A stretch of DNA of 37,780 nt from Octopus bimaculoides (GCF_001194135.2 NC_068992.1:879064-916843), one strand, 5' to 3'; positions 12,540-24,720 are shown, counted from the stretch's first letter. The notes: generated from the letters alone by a model not told the origin. A program made the numbers and translations.

Positions 12540-13105
12540 CCTTCGTATCTACGATGGGGCCACGAACTATAAGATGAAAATCCAGAGTTACTCGTGGTCG
12601 GTGAATTTTTAATAAAAGAGCGAAGGTGGTGTATCAATCCAAAAATTGATATCCACGAAATAATCATACTTTCTAATATTTAATGCTAACAACTTTCCTG
12701 ATGACTGTCTTTGTAATCTCCTAAAATATCGTAACCATTGGTCCAGCAGTCTGGCCGTGAAGAGGGAACAGATAAAGAGACGGAGAGACAAACAGACGGA
12801 CATAACGAATCAGCCCATCTACGATGGGACATAAAAGGATAGTATCGCAAATCTAAACCCTCTAAAGTCACANNNNNNNNNNGGTCCACAATTAATCCTC
12901 GTTGCCGGAATTTTAACAAAAATAATGAAAGGTGATTTATTAATACAAAATATCCACTAAACGATCATACTTTTTCACATTCTTTTTCGCTAAAACCCTT
13001 CCTGATTTCTTCCTTTGTAACCTCGAAAAACACCATTGGTCCAGCCGTTTGAACGTGAAGAGGGAACAGACAGACAGACGGACAGACAGATGGACATAAC
13101 ACTCA
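12540..13105 (+). mobile_element. Head-to-tail tandem copies of a DINE-1/Lep1-like non-autonomous Helitron/Helentron element
   Basis: Two diverged units share atcatacttt, accattggtccagc (12734, 13032), cgtgaagagggaacaga, a (GACA/GACG)n tract and ggacataac. Hairpin cccatc-tac-gatggg at 12814-12828, with a decayed copy near 12547-12559. An 11-N gap separates the units. Confidence 0.7.
12873..12883. other. Assembly gap (11 N)
   Basis: N run. Confidence 1.
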
Positions 13106-14445
13106 TTATAGTAAAACGCTTGTTGCATCATTTGTGTGTGTGTGTATACAAGCAATATTAGGTTATTAAAGTCGTAGTTTTATATATTCGGTTGTTAAAA
13201 ATAGTTGATAAACATTGATAATATGAGAAAATATAATTTCTAAGTGACACATTGTGTTCTCTTGTACTGTGATGTAAAGACCTAAATCCAGAGGCCATCG
13301 TTTCATCAATCCAATGTTGAATTTTATTGACAGAATCACGCATAAGAGCATGATAACCTAGTCGCTATGGTATTATAACATTATGAGGTATTTAACGTTT
13401 CTCAGCTTCACTGACTCGCATAAGATAATTAGTTGATATTAACGAATATTTGATTATTTCATGAAATATACAGCTGCTTAATAATACCGACGAAGCGACA
13501 CTTCTGACTACAGATGCAATTGAAATGGAATATGCTCTGATATATATTTGGCATTTAACACGAAATATCTGTCACAAAAGATTTTCCGTTCACACAAAAG
13601 CCATAACCTTATGCCTGTTGATAGTGTGTGTAATTTAAAAAAGAACACTATTTTCCTTTAATACTGCTTCAGTGGAGCACAATTAGGTTTTTATTCAGTT
13701 AGGTGTCTATCTACAATATCAGTAAATGTATTATTCCCTATTGCCTATATATTGGAGGCGACAGATTTCAAGTAGGCTTGTAAGTCAGTAATAAATGCAT
13801 AATCTCCAATTAGCATGTCACACAATCATTATAAGCAAAATAATTACATACATGCTTACATGTATAGATACACATGCATACAGACGTACACATACACACA
13901 CATATATACACACACGCGCGCACTCATATATGTACTTTTGTGGCAAGCTAAGTATGTTCTAAAATTTCTAAGGGAATTACCACATGTTCATAATTTAGTG
14001 CAATTTCCTTTTGATTTATGATTAGTTACAAAACGCAACGACAAGAGTGTAAAGAGATATAATCTCAACAATAGGAATTTGAAGCTCCTGCTGGTAAATT
14101 ATTACAGGTTATAGAAGGTTTCGACAGTCAGTCTACTGAACGCCGGTATTACACCTATATTAAATCTTAGCATTTGTCAAGGAGAAATGAGCAATGAAGG
14201 ACACATTTCTTCTCAATCCAATTACATATGATGCTTCTCACTTTAGTCGTTAGTGAATAACAATTTATGTCTCGCAGTCGTTCTGTCTGTTTATCTGTGT
14301 ATATGTAAGTATATATGTGCAAGTTGGAACATGTGTATTTGTAGAAAGTACATTTACTAAGTGTATACACACACACACATGCACAGATGTATATGAATAT
14401 ATTTAGATATCTATATGTATGCATAATTAAATATGTATACGAATG

Positions 14446-14523
<78 letters not shown>

Positions 14524-14591
14524 CTAAAAAGAACAGTGATAATGATGAGTGCCTAACACCGCATTGGCAGCCATATGTCCGCTATTTATGA

Positions 14592-14828
14592 GTTAACAAG
14601 TCTGTCATTGGTTTCATGCCGAGAATTCTCAGTAGTTACCAATCTTGCAGCATGTGACCATAGTACCTATCTCCGTATTAAATGAGAATACAACGAACCT
14701 GCAAGCACAATCTCGTTTAGCTTCGTTATATTTTCATTCAAGATCAGGACGTGTACCAACTGTTCCGGCTGACAGGTTTAATATTTGCTAAAAATTCTCG
14801 GCATAAAACCAATGGTTAGCTTGTTAAC
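14592..14828. mobile_element. MITE-like element with about 45-bp imperfect TIRs
   Basis: Left gttaacaagtctgtcattggtttcatgccgagaatt versus reverse complement of right end gttaacaagctaaccattggttttatgccgagaatt; both ends contain TTAA. Confidence 0.8.
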
Positions 14829-14837
14829 CTACAAATA

Positions 14838-14892
<55 letters not shown>

Positions 14893-14914
14893 TGTCTGTA
14901 TATGTGCGTGTGTG

Positions 14915-14978
<64 letters not shown>

Positions 14979-15129
14979 GTTTTGTAAATTCATTGAAGTA
15001 TTGAGATATTCTTTGCCCAGTGCTGCCCCCTATCAGATGCCCAGACGTGTTTCTATCTCTTTTGCCGCCTTCAATAGGAAGTATCGAAGAGATGCAACTT
15101 AGCTTTAACTCTTCGGTAGTTCCCATCGA

Positions 15130-17100
15130 TCGCCTCTGAGGAGGTAGAAATGCGTCTTGGAATCCGACAGGGGATAGCACTGGATAGATATAGAAGAATA
15201 ATGCTATATTTGAAGGGTTATGGTATATTGAGTTTTAAATTCTTTGCAAACGCTACACAAACTCTGCATACAACTACCGTGATACTAGTAACCACAGAAC
15301 ACTACAAAACACCAGATATATTTACGAAATGCTCACGTTCAATTGGAGAACAAAGCAGCAAAAATCAGTAACAAATGAAGACGAAATGGAATAGATTATT
15401 AAATCAAAGAATTCACATGTAGTGGAAAAAAATTAAACGAAAATCTGCCATATATAGAGAAATGGAAAAAAAAACGTTAAAAGCGCAATTGTCCCACGCA
15501 AAATACGGTTCAAGGATAGAAGAAGAGAACCAAATCAGGGAACTAAAATGAGAATAATTCTCACATCTGAAACATTTTTAGCAAAAGCCTCTCTACTTTA
15601 GCTTCAAATGTTTAAATTCAAAAGCAAATTAAAAAATGTGACGGTAGAACGCAGAGAAACATCGTCGAATGAGCGAACGGAAAAACGAGAAACACTATTA
15701 GATTTATGGAAAATCGATGTACAGAGAGAAGAAATGAATTTAAATACAATATTAGAATAAAAAAAGAAAAATTGTGGATACAAGAGTATGAAGTCAAATA
15801 CGGAACAGCAAGTTAAATTAGTGAAAACTAAAGATATAACACACTCAAAAAGTTAGAAATGTGCAACTTGACAAAAACATAAGGAACCATAACTCCATCC
15901 GTAATCACTCAGATCAAGAAATAATCAAAGGTCGACTGCCATAACCTCTCATATGCAGACGCAATAAAAAATGGACAGAAATTCAATAATTCATGCCGCA
16001 ACAAATTCACACTTACAAACGATAACAATGGAAGAACAGACCGAAATAGTCTGTAAAAGCACAGTAAACAGTAGAAATGTACAAAAGGCAAGCCAAGACA
16101 CAAGTGAAAATGGTATAACAATATCATTAGATATCAATAATTGGAAACCTCTCTTTCAAAAACAAATAGAATAGAAAGACAGGGTGCAAACGAAACGTTT
16201 TTAGTGTTACGAGTTCCAAATAAATTTGAAATGAATCTCTAACGATACAAATATTCAAGGACCCAACTTATCCAAAAGAATTAAATATATCATTCTGAAA
16301 CGTCATGAGAAATGAGATAAAAATAATTTTGAATATGTACTTAAATAAACTCAAATTCCCAAACTTGTCACAACAGATCTTATAAATGATATTGAGAAAT
16401 TTCGTAGGATTTCTCATAAAAGGATTACGTAGTCCCAAGACTTGTTAAAAAAAAAGTCAGGATTTAAAACTCCGATGGACGGGAATCGAGAATAAACGCC
16501 TAGAATACTGGGGTCTATAACGTGTTTGAAAAGATAGAAACACAAGCATTTCAGCAAATTTTATAAAATAAACCATTGCAAATGAAGTGCTAAAAGGATT
16601 GTAATATCTATGGGAAGACTTCTTTATAGTCATGAAAGAAGCTGTCGAAGGAGATCCTATTGTGAAAATGGACAAAACCCATGACAGAGCCATGGCTTAG
16701 AACATCTAAATGACGAAACATTTTATAAACAGAATTAGAAGTCAATGCAGATAAACAATGAAACAAATTGGTAAAGGAACGGACAAATTCGAACAATTTA
16801 ATGGAAAAGCGTTGAATAATTTAAATAAGTTTCAGGTGCAAAAGAGCAACCGTTATGAACTGTTGAAAATTAGTAAATCTAAAGAAATACAGTCCAGCTT
16901 AATAGACCTACATACACCATATGACTTCCAAACCAAGTGATTTAAAATTATGCTTAATTTTTTTACGGATCAGTATCAAACGTCTATGGATTAAGCAATT
17001 TCTCGGTGGTCATATATAGTTCCTTATGTCAACAGTTCCATAGTTTCGTCACAGATGACACGGACTCCGTAAACTACGTTTTAAGAGAGGTAACGAAAAT
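15130..17100 (+). mobile_element. Old Penelope-like element, N-terminal region and start of RT (Neptune-like), heavily decayed
   Basis: Remnant motifs in the expected order: NLSK..EIKIIL..L..P..DLINDIEKFRRI (about 16265-16410); IVMKEAVEGDPIVKMDKTH (16626-16682, the KEADKGG.IV.MD motif); HLNDETFYK; SNRYELLKISKSK (FYGLPKIHK motif); PSDLKL..I; LSNF..LCQQFHSFVTDDTDSV. Assignment of 15130-16250 is by position only. Confidence 0.8.
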
Positions 17101-17169
17101 GTTAGGAAAATAAAAATAAAAATAAGTGGAAATGTTACCGGTGAGTGTATTAGATTTTAAGGCACAATA

Positions 17170-17900
17170 AGAAAATGACTCTCCCCAGACACAATAGACT
17201 AAAATTAGCAACGTAGATTATCGCATCCGTATTGCCTATGGGTTCTGTCCCACTCACGTCTCTTTATATGTATTCACTTGCAATATCGCCCCCTCACAGC
17301 ATGCATTGATGTGTCATTTTCCTCCATACGTTATCCCCTGCACTATATCTTAGGATTCACTGACTCCACTCCAACACTTCTTTCTATGTATGAATAATCC
17401 GACTCCCCCTCCTATGCATTAGCAATCTGTTTAAATGCCTGTCACTTTTAACAACACCCTTTTTTGGCTGATGTTAATGCCATCTTTATTTTGCCATAAA
17501 TTGCTGCAAACGACGACTCATCCTCATGCAAACTAAACTGTCACGTCAAATCTTCACTGACATCAGAAACAGGGTTCATGGAATATTCTCAAATATATTT
17601 ATGGAAGCACAAAGATACAATCATTACAAGCATCAACTTAACGTTTTTTCCAATCATTTAAACAAAAATACAAACAAAACTCTACATGATAGATATCACC
17701 AGCACTGATATCTAATGGCAAATACACATCTTCGGCACAGCCAAAGCTGCTCCGTAGAATGGCATTCTCTTCAAACCCCAAAACTATTTCGGCCTCCAAT
17801 AAAAAATTACTGTGAAAGATACAGGTACGGCCTACAATGGGGTACTGCTCCCACGACAGGCTGGAGCTTACCCACCACGTCACACTGTTTTCAGGCGTAA
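17170..17900 (+). mobile_element. Very degenerate RT-like remnants, probably PLE
   Basis: Scattered frame-broken motifs: PMGS..TSLYM, W(LRY)VNAIFIL resembling RYVDDIF, SNIFME. No continuous alignment obtained by eye. Confidence 0.35.
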
Positions 17901-18048
17901 TGACTCCACTTTGTCGTTTCTACCTCTACGAGTGTGACCTCTGTGATTGAGAGACGGCATATGGCACTACAACACGACTCAAGTATATCTGTCTCCGCCT
18001 CTTCCTGTTGCACTATATAATAAGTGCATCTCCACTTATAACTTTTTA

Positions 18049-18207
18049 CTAACAATGACGGTCCACAAAAATTCTTATTATTTCTGTGTCAGTGCTTCTA
18101 AATGTCGACTTGCAAGTATTCAAGTGGACCAGTACTCGCATCGACGTCACCGTTCTTGGAGGGCTTGTGAAGTCCATGCTTGTAACCATCACCATTGCAA
18201 AACCAAA
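18049..18207 (-). CDS. Candidate terminal exon: FGFAMVMVTSMDFTSPPRTVTSMRVLVHLNTCKSTFRSTDTEIIRIFVDRHC*
   Basis: Acceptor tgtaatAG preceded by a T/TG-rich tract; open frame of 53 codons; raised GC. Plus-strand frames are also open and have their own acceptor near 18090, so the strand is ambiguous. Confidence 0.3.
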   Translation of the reverse strand, partial: FGFAMVMVTSMDFTSPPRTVTSMRVLVHLNTCKSTFRSTDTEIIRIFVDRHC

Positions 18208-18596
18208 CTATTACAATGCATCACACACACACACACAGACACACACACAAAAGAACAAAAACAAAACTATAACGTATCTCTTGTGAGCTGGCATGGAAAG
18301 CTTGAAGTTTGTTCTTAAAATTTGTAAGGATTAATGTAAACGCATTAATACCAAATAAAACACTCCGTTTATGAAGTACCTGATCCTTTGAAGAATGTGA
18401 AATTAGTTTAATTAATTAATGTTCTGATTTCTGATTTCTCATAATGGTAATATCAATTACAGAAGTATGAGATTGCAATGTAAACACATCTATGGTTTTA
18501 ATTGGCTCTAAACTAAATGGTATATTATGAAATAATTTTTATCAGTAAGTACAAATTTATTGTATAGATTTTAAAATGAATAACCTTCTAAATTAC

Positions 18597-18651
18597 AAGA
18601 TAATTTGATGTTCTACAGAAATCTTCGAAAAGAATTTGCCACTGGTCTTCA
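18597..18651 (-). CDS. Candidate 55-nt exon: (D)EDQWQILFEDFCRTSNYL
   Basis: Acceptor ggttttatttgcAG, donor GTAATT; phase 2 in and phase 0 out, compatible with both neighbouring candidates. Confidence 0.35.
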
Positions 18652-19799
18652 CTGCAAATAAAACCTATAACTAGTTTAATTAAGAGGAATGTTTCTTCAC
18701 GCAAAACCGAGGGGAAAACGGATTTACGCATGGAATTAAGTCTCTTGAAATGAATACAAAAGAAATCATTTGTTTTCTAGAATTAAAACACATTTGTGTT
18801 GAAGAATATATTTACAGAAGAATAAGAAAAAGCCGCAAGAAATTCATTATTGCGTTCCCATCGTGAGATCTTTCACTGGTTTTATATATTTTCACCATGT
18901 TAAATGCTAGCTACGTTCTACGTAATTGATTCTCTGGCATATTTTTCTCGGTGTATATTTAGGTTCAATATGTCACCAAAGAAAATTTAGAGTTTCGTTT
19001 AACCATTTATTTGATTTTCTGCAAGGAAAACTAAAATATAAAAAAAGTAAAAGAGTTATATATATCTCCTTTTAAACTTGATGCTAAGTTCTGTGTTTTA
19101 GTAGCATACTTTACATTTCAAATACAAAAGTAGAAAATTCAATTTGATTCTTTTTGTTTTGCTTCTTTGGCCTGTTCATCAAAGGGTTTTTTTAATTGTT
19201 TTTTTTTTTAGTCCGAAAACACAAAGTGTATATTTCCACTAATTTTATTAGAAAGAATAGCACAGATAATTTGAATTAAAGCAAGTGAGCAGATAGCATC
19301 AAGAGAGATGGAATCACTATGAGAACTAGTGAATAAGAAATATCCTGACGCATGGAATTTAGTAATAATGAATCGAATATGATAACAACAAACCGCGTCA
19401 CATAGCAACATCCCTAACGTATGCACATGAAACTATTGATAACAATAGTGATAACGCTAACAACATAAAAATCGACAACAATTATATTGGTATGAATAAT
19501 AGTATTAATATTAAAGCTAATGCTAATGTTGTTAATGATAATATTAATAGCTTATGGTGGATGCAGCAGATGCTGTTGATAATATTAATGAGAAATGTGC
19601 TTTTTTTTTTTACGTTTGAAGAAAATTTTAAAATAACACCAAATATTTTCTGATAAATAATTACAGAAATAAAACGTGCTACATAAAGCTAGAGGGCGAT
19701 GTCTCTATACATGTAATTCTATATGAATCTTAGTCTGATTACAATATATACAGTAACAACACAATTTCTTGTTAAAAACATACAAAAAAAACTCAATAT

Positions 19800-20030
19800 C
19801 ACAATCATCATCATCGTCGTCGTCGTCGTCGGCATCGTCATCATCATCATCACCATCATTAACGTATCGTCGTCGCCGCTGCTGCCACCGCAGCCTCCGC
19901 CACCGCACCCACCGCTGCACCCAACACCGCACCCGCCATCGCAACACCACCACCACCATCATCATCGTTCTCCGCTTCCTCCCCTCCTCCTCCTCCACCT
20001 CCTCTTCCGTCTCTTCATCATCTCTCGACC
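19800..20030. repeat. GC-rich mosaic of trinucleotide repeats (CAT, CGT, CCG, CAC, CCT)
   Basis: Direct reading; explains three overlapping low-complexity ORFs. Confidence 0.9.
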
Positions 20031-20080
20031 GCAATACCAACTGGCAAGTAGGCTCCGTCATTCATTGCTGCTTTTCATAC

Positions 20081-20106
20081 TCAAACGCTGGCAGGTTTGG
20101 TAGAAC
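20081..20106 (-). CDS. Candidate 26-nt exon: VLPNLPAF(D)
   Basis: Strong acceptor ccactttcgtttctgtacAG, donor GTATGA; ends in phase 2, matching the 18651 exon. Confidence 0.33.
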
Positions 20107-20248
20107 CTGTACAGAAACGAAAGTGGCATTGAAGACGCAAGTCATTTCCTATGACTCTTTAAATTTTCTCCTTGACTACCGCCCCAAGCAGGCAACTTCT
20201 TGGTCCACCGCGATAATACAAAAAAAAAATAGCAACATTGAAAGCTAG

Positions 20249-20342
20249 GGTGGCCTCGGTGGGATTTGAACTCAGTGCCAGAAATGTCGAATAAAAACCG
20301 CAAAGTTTTGATCAACAGGCAACAGAATCTGCCTATTCACCG
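20249..20342 (-). mobile_element. SINE 5' head fragment
   Basis: Reverse complement has the ggtgaataggcaga.. head and B-box ctgagttcaaatcccaccgagg, as in family A. Confidence 0.65.
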
Positions 20343-20465
20343 TCTATTCAGCCATTTCACAGTCAATATTGTCAATTCAGTTCCTTTTCTATTTCAGGAT
20401 CAATATTAACGTTAACGACAAGAGCAACAATATCAACAATATTAATAATAGCAATGGTAATTACA

Positions 20466-20467
20466 AT

Positions 20468-20506
<39 letters not shown>

Positions 20507-20508
20507 CA
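20466..20508. repeat. (AAT)n microsatellite
   Basis: Direct reading. Confidence 0.95.
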
Positions 20509-21020
20509 TAAGGAAATATAAAAACGAAGGAATTAAAAGAAATATTTTTCTCATTAATTTCATCATTTATTTGACATTATATCAAATGTCATTATGAAAA
20601 GAAGAAAAAGAAATCGAAAGATGTCATTTAATAACGTGCAACACCTACAATGCAAATCAATAGCACCTCTAAAACCATTCTATTTCAGAGAAATAGAAGA
20701 AAGAAAGAAAGAAAGAAAAAACTTTCTAAAGCTATACATATAGAATTATCTATTGTGAAGTTGCAGACCTTCTGGCAACAGAAAAAGGAAAGTTTACCGT
20801 AATATAATCTAGAATGAGTACTATGCCAAGGGAAATAACTTAAGCTATGTTAGCGTTAATATATATTCACACATGCATATACCTGTCTCCGACTCGCTTT
20901 TCCTTTCTCTCGCTTTATGTAAGTTTGCAAAGGCATATAGGCACGTACAAACACAGAATCTCGCACACGCATACCTATATATGTATACATACATACTCAT
21001 ATATATAGAGAGAGACGTGT

Positions 21021-21056
<36 letters not shown>

Positions 21057-22680
21057 TTATATGATCCGTCGTAAGTGACAAATTCACTGTTTCTTCGATC
21101 AAAGTAAGAAACAATATTACTTGAAAGAGATGAAGCAGATACAGAAAATTGAGTTTGTTACATTAGATTACCATTCATGGGAAATCATGTGTTTGAACAA
21201 AGAAAAAAAAATGATTATATAATTTCTAGAAATCGATACTTTATTCGAAGATATAATCCAGATTTGTGTTTATTTGACTTGCAGAGCAAAAATTATGTCA
21301 CCAGTATTTGTGCTATACAGATATTTTTTTTTCCAATGAAAAACAAACGCCTTCGTTACGGATGCAAACAATCACCAACGTATCGCTTGTGACACATGTA
21401 ATTTGCTAGCTGAAACTTTAAAGAAAAGAGACATTTATTCATTAAAATCGGGGGTAAGTAAAAACAACAGAAAAACTCAACGAAATCATTTGTATTTACC
21501 ACAATTACTAGCCCTCGCCCAGCCCCCACACCCAGGAGTTCATGAAATTGTTTCTTACTGATTTAATTCGTTGACCAGTGGATATTCTTTAAATTGTTTC
21601 AGCTTTAAAGCTGCGGTCATGTTGGGACTCCTATTTATTTACCACACACAAATTTACATAAATATATGTCTTTGTGTGTATGTGTGTATATGTATGTATT
21701 TGAATATGTTGAGAATTAAGTTACGATTTGCTGGAGAAGATGTATATTTGAAAATGCAACTTTTATAAGAAGATTTATTTGCATTAACTTTAGCATTTCG
21801 ACAATGCCATAGATTTCAAAAGTAGCGTGAGATATAAAGACAAAATACTGCGTTGTAAGAGTCGGGTGCCTGACAGGGGTTTGAATATTCGCTACTTGCA
21901 TAGAGATTGTGTTTCACATTCGTCTAGTAACCATACAATATAAGTGATTGAAAATTAATTCCGTGTGATGTTCGTATATTAAAATTATGTGACCCCTCTA
22001 AGATTATATTAGACTAGTGAATGTATCATATGGGGCTCCGAACTAAAATTGTACGCAATATGCAGCTGCTGTCCTAAGTGTGTAATGTTTCTTGTGCTTC
22101 AGATTTGGAGGAACGATTGTGTAATAGGTTCGCTATTTAATTTTTAGGGATTGTATGTTGTTTTCTGTTGTTATAGTAGATTCACTTTTACTTTTGATTA
22201 ATGCATTTTCTTTATTTGTATATATTTTGTCGGAGTTGCTGTCAGAACAACGCTAAAGTGGCAGGCTTTGTAATTGGTACGTATGTTTGTGGCAAATACG
22301 TCTAAAATTTTTAATAAGAGGAGGTTGCATAAATTTGAAACCTTATATTTGCTGACGATGAATTGCCAATCTCTTTATCACAGTTTCAGGTGTCCTATGT
22401 AATGTCCGTTAGAAACCTTACGTTTAAATGCATGAATTAAATTCTTTGAAAAGAGACTGAGTTTAAATATTTTACGATGAAACATATGCAGATACAATTA
22501 ATTTATATATTAACTGAAACATAAGTGCTGGAACTTGCGTAGTTTGGTCGAATACAATTTTTGACTATTACGTATTTGACCAATATAGTCATTGCTTAAG
22601 AAGACAGAAATATATGAAGAAACTAGATTCGAGGTTGGCATCAGCTTCAGTAAATATCGCGGTAACATTTATATCTTTAC

Positions 22681-22778
22681 GGCCCACAGTGGGGCTAAAC
22701 ATAAAGGGGACAAACAAAGACATAGGGATTAAGTCGATTACATCGACCCCAGTGCATAACTGGTACTTATTTAATCGA
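22681..22778 (-). mobile_element. SINE family A, 3' half only
   Basis: Matches 9640-9730 (cataaaggggaca.acaaag, gtcgattacatcgac, gtacttatttaatcga), then stops abruptly. Confidence 0.9.
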
Positions 22779-23055
22779 AGTCGCATGACTCAGTGGTTAG
22801 AGCGTCGAGCTTACGATCGTGAAGTTGTGAGTTCGATTCCCGGACCGAGCTGCGTGTTGTGTTCTTGAGCAAGGCACTTTATTTCACGTTGCTCCAGTTC
22901 ACTCAGCTGCAGAAATGAGTTGCGACATCGCTGGTGCCAAGCTGTATCGGCCCCTTTGCCTTTCCCTTACATAACATCAGTGGTGTGGAGACGGGAGGCT
23001 GGTATGCAGGGGCGACTGATGGTCTTCCACAAATAACCTTGCCCGGACTATATAA
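22779..23055 (+). mobile_element. tRNA-derived SINE family B, young-looking copy truncated by an assembly gap
   Basis: A-box tgactcagtggttagagc, B-box gagttcgattcc, then the body shared with 6990-7250. Confidence 0.93.
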
Positions 23056-23454
23056 NNNNNNNNNNNNNNNNNNNNNNNNNNNNNNNNNNNNNNNNNNNNN
23101 NNNNNNNNNNNNNNNNNNNNNNNNNNNNNNNNNNNNNNNNNNNNNNNNNNNNNNNNNNNNNNNNNNNNNNNNNNNNNNNNNNNNNNNNNNNNNNNNNNNN
23201 NNNNNNNNNNNNNNNNNNNNNNNNNNNNNNNNNNNNNNNNNNNNNNNNNNNNNNNNNNNNNNNNNNNNNNNNNNNNNNNNNNNNNNNNNNNNNNNNNNNN
23301 NNNNNNNNNNNNNNNNNNNNNNNNNNNNNNNNNNNNNNNNNNNNNNNNNNNNNNNNNNNNNNNNNNNNNNNNNNNNNNNNNNNNNNNNNNNNNNNNNNNN
23401 NNNNNNNNNNNNNNNNNNNNNNNNNNNNNNNNNNNNNNNNNNNNNNNNNNNNNN

Positions 23455-23455
<1 letters not shown>
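23056..23455. other. Assembly gap (about 400 N)
   Basis: N run. Confidence 1.
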
Positions 23456-23521
<66 letters not shown>

Positions 23522-24520
23522 GACCCTACATACTGATATACTGTTTAGCTCTATAGCTTTTCAACTTACTCTACTTTTCAGAGTCATGGATTGTTAAAGT
23601 ACTTATATTTTATCTTAAAGATTCCAAATATTGTTTCAATTTCATTTCTTTAAAGTTCTAGTCTTGAGAAAGGTAACTAATTTTTATTTATATACAATAT
23701 GTATCTCTTCCTGTTTGTATGAATGTATGTATGTATGTATGTATCTAGTTATACACAAACACATATACATATATCAATGTGTCTGTATGTGCATTTTTCA
23801 GCTTCTTAGACGATATACATATATACACATACTCATATACTTCGAAAAGAATGAGTAGATAAAGAGAGGTAAAGGAGAGATATTATGTGAAAAATTGGGA
23901 GAAGTAAAGCAGAGTTGGATAAAGTGACTAAGAGAGACGGAAAGAGGGAGAAGGATACACTTTCAGAATATATCGGAACAGCTGCAAATCCCATGGTTTT
24001 TCCAAGCCATTTCTAAATATTACTGTTGAAATCAATGTTTCTTCTTATAATTCAATTACTAAATTAAAAAGAAAAATACTTTTGCTACTATTTCTGTAAT
24101 TATTTTCCTATCTTTGTCCTTTAGATTTATTTTATTTCAATTTTTGCTAGATTAATGCACTAATGTTTTTGCATCAAGATATGTTCAGAAATAGTTTGTT
24201 ATAGTTTACGTATCCAGTGTAACGCTTCTATCTATTTTAGACATGAGAACTCCCACTGTAGGATCATGTATCCACATCTACAAAAATAGGTTTATATCTC
24301 TTTTTTTTCAATGAAAATCATACTTTAAGGTCCATTAAAATTTTAGTTGAAAACTAAAAACTTACAAATAAACAAAGAAAATCCCTATTAAATTGTGTAT
24401 TGAGAATATATTCTCAAACATAAAAAAAAATGTTTTTGTTATCTCTTAAGGGCGTCATTATGCCAATAATAAACACGTGTACATGTTCTTTCATTTCTGT
24501 CATTATTATTAGCCAACTAA

Positions 24521-24720
24521 GCTGGTGAGCTGGCCGTATCATTAATACGTCAGCATTTCGTGTCCGTCTTTACGTTCTGAGTTCAAATTCTGTTGTGATC
24601 GACTCTTCCACTCATTGTTTCGCGGTCGATAATAGAATTATAGTTGAACACAGGGATCAATATAATGGATATAATCCCTCCCATAAAATAGCTGGCTTTG
24701 TGCCAAAATTTGAAGTTATT
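24521..24720 (+). mobile_element. SINE family A-related, diverged, alternative 3' tail
   Basis: ggtgagctggc head, ttacgttctgagttcaaattc B-box, decayed centre; tail ccctcccataaaatagctggctttgtgccaaaatttgaa. Confidence 0.8.

Noticed and set aside
15150-17100. Host gene or LINE ORF2
   Set aside because: Motif order matches a PLE N-terminus and RT start; there are many stops and frameshifts and no APE domain.
18049-20106. Assigning the stitched peptide to choline/ethanolamine kinase or fatty acyl-CoA reductase C-termini
   Set aside because: Only a few residues match and gaps are needed; no diagnostic motif was found in the window.
22786-22845. tRNA gene
   Set aside because: A and B boxes are present, but the acceptor stem does not pair and the sequence continues into a SINE body shared with 6990-7250.
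23955-24285. Additional minus-strand exons (NGLEKPWDLQLFRYILK; MWIHDPTVGVLMSKID)
   Set aside because: They need weak donors or a secondary acceptor to fit; too easy to obtain by chance in AT-rich DNA.
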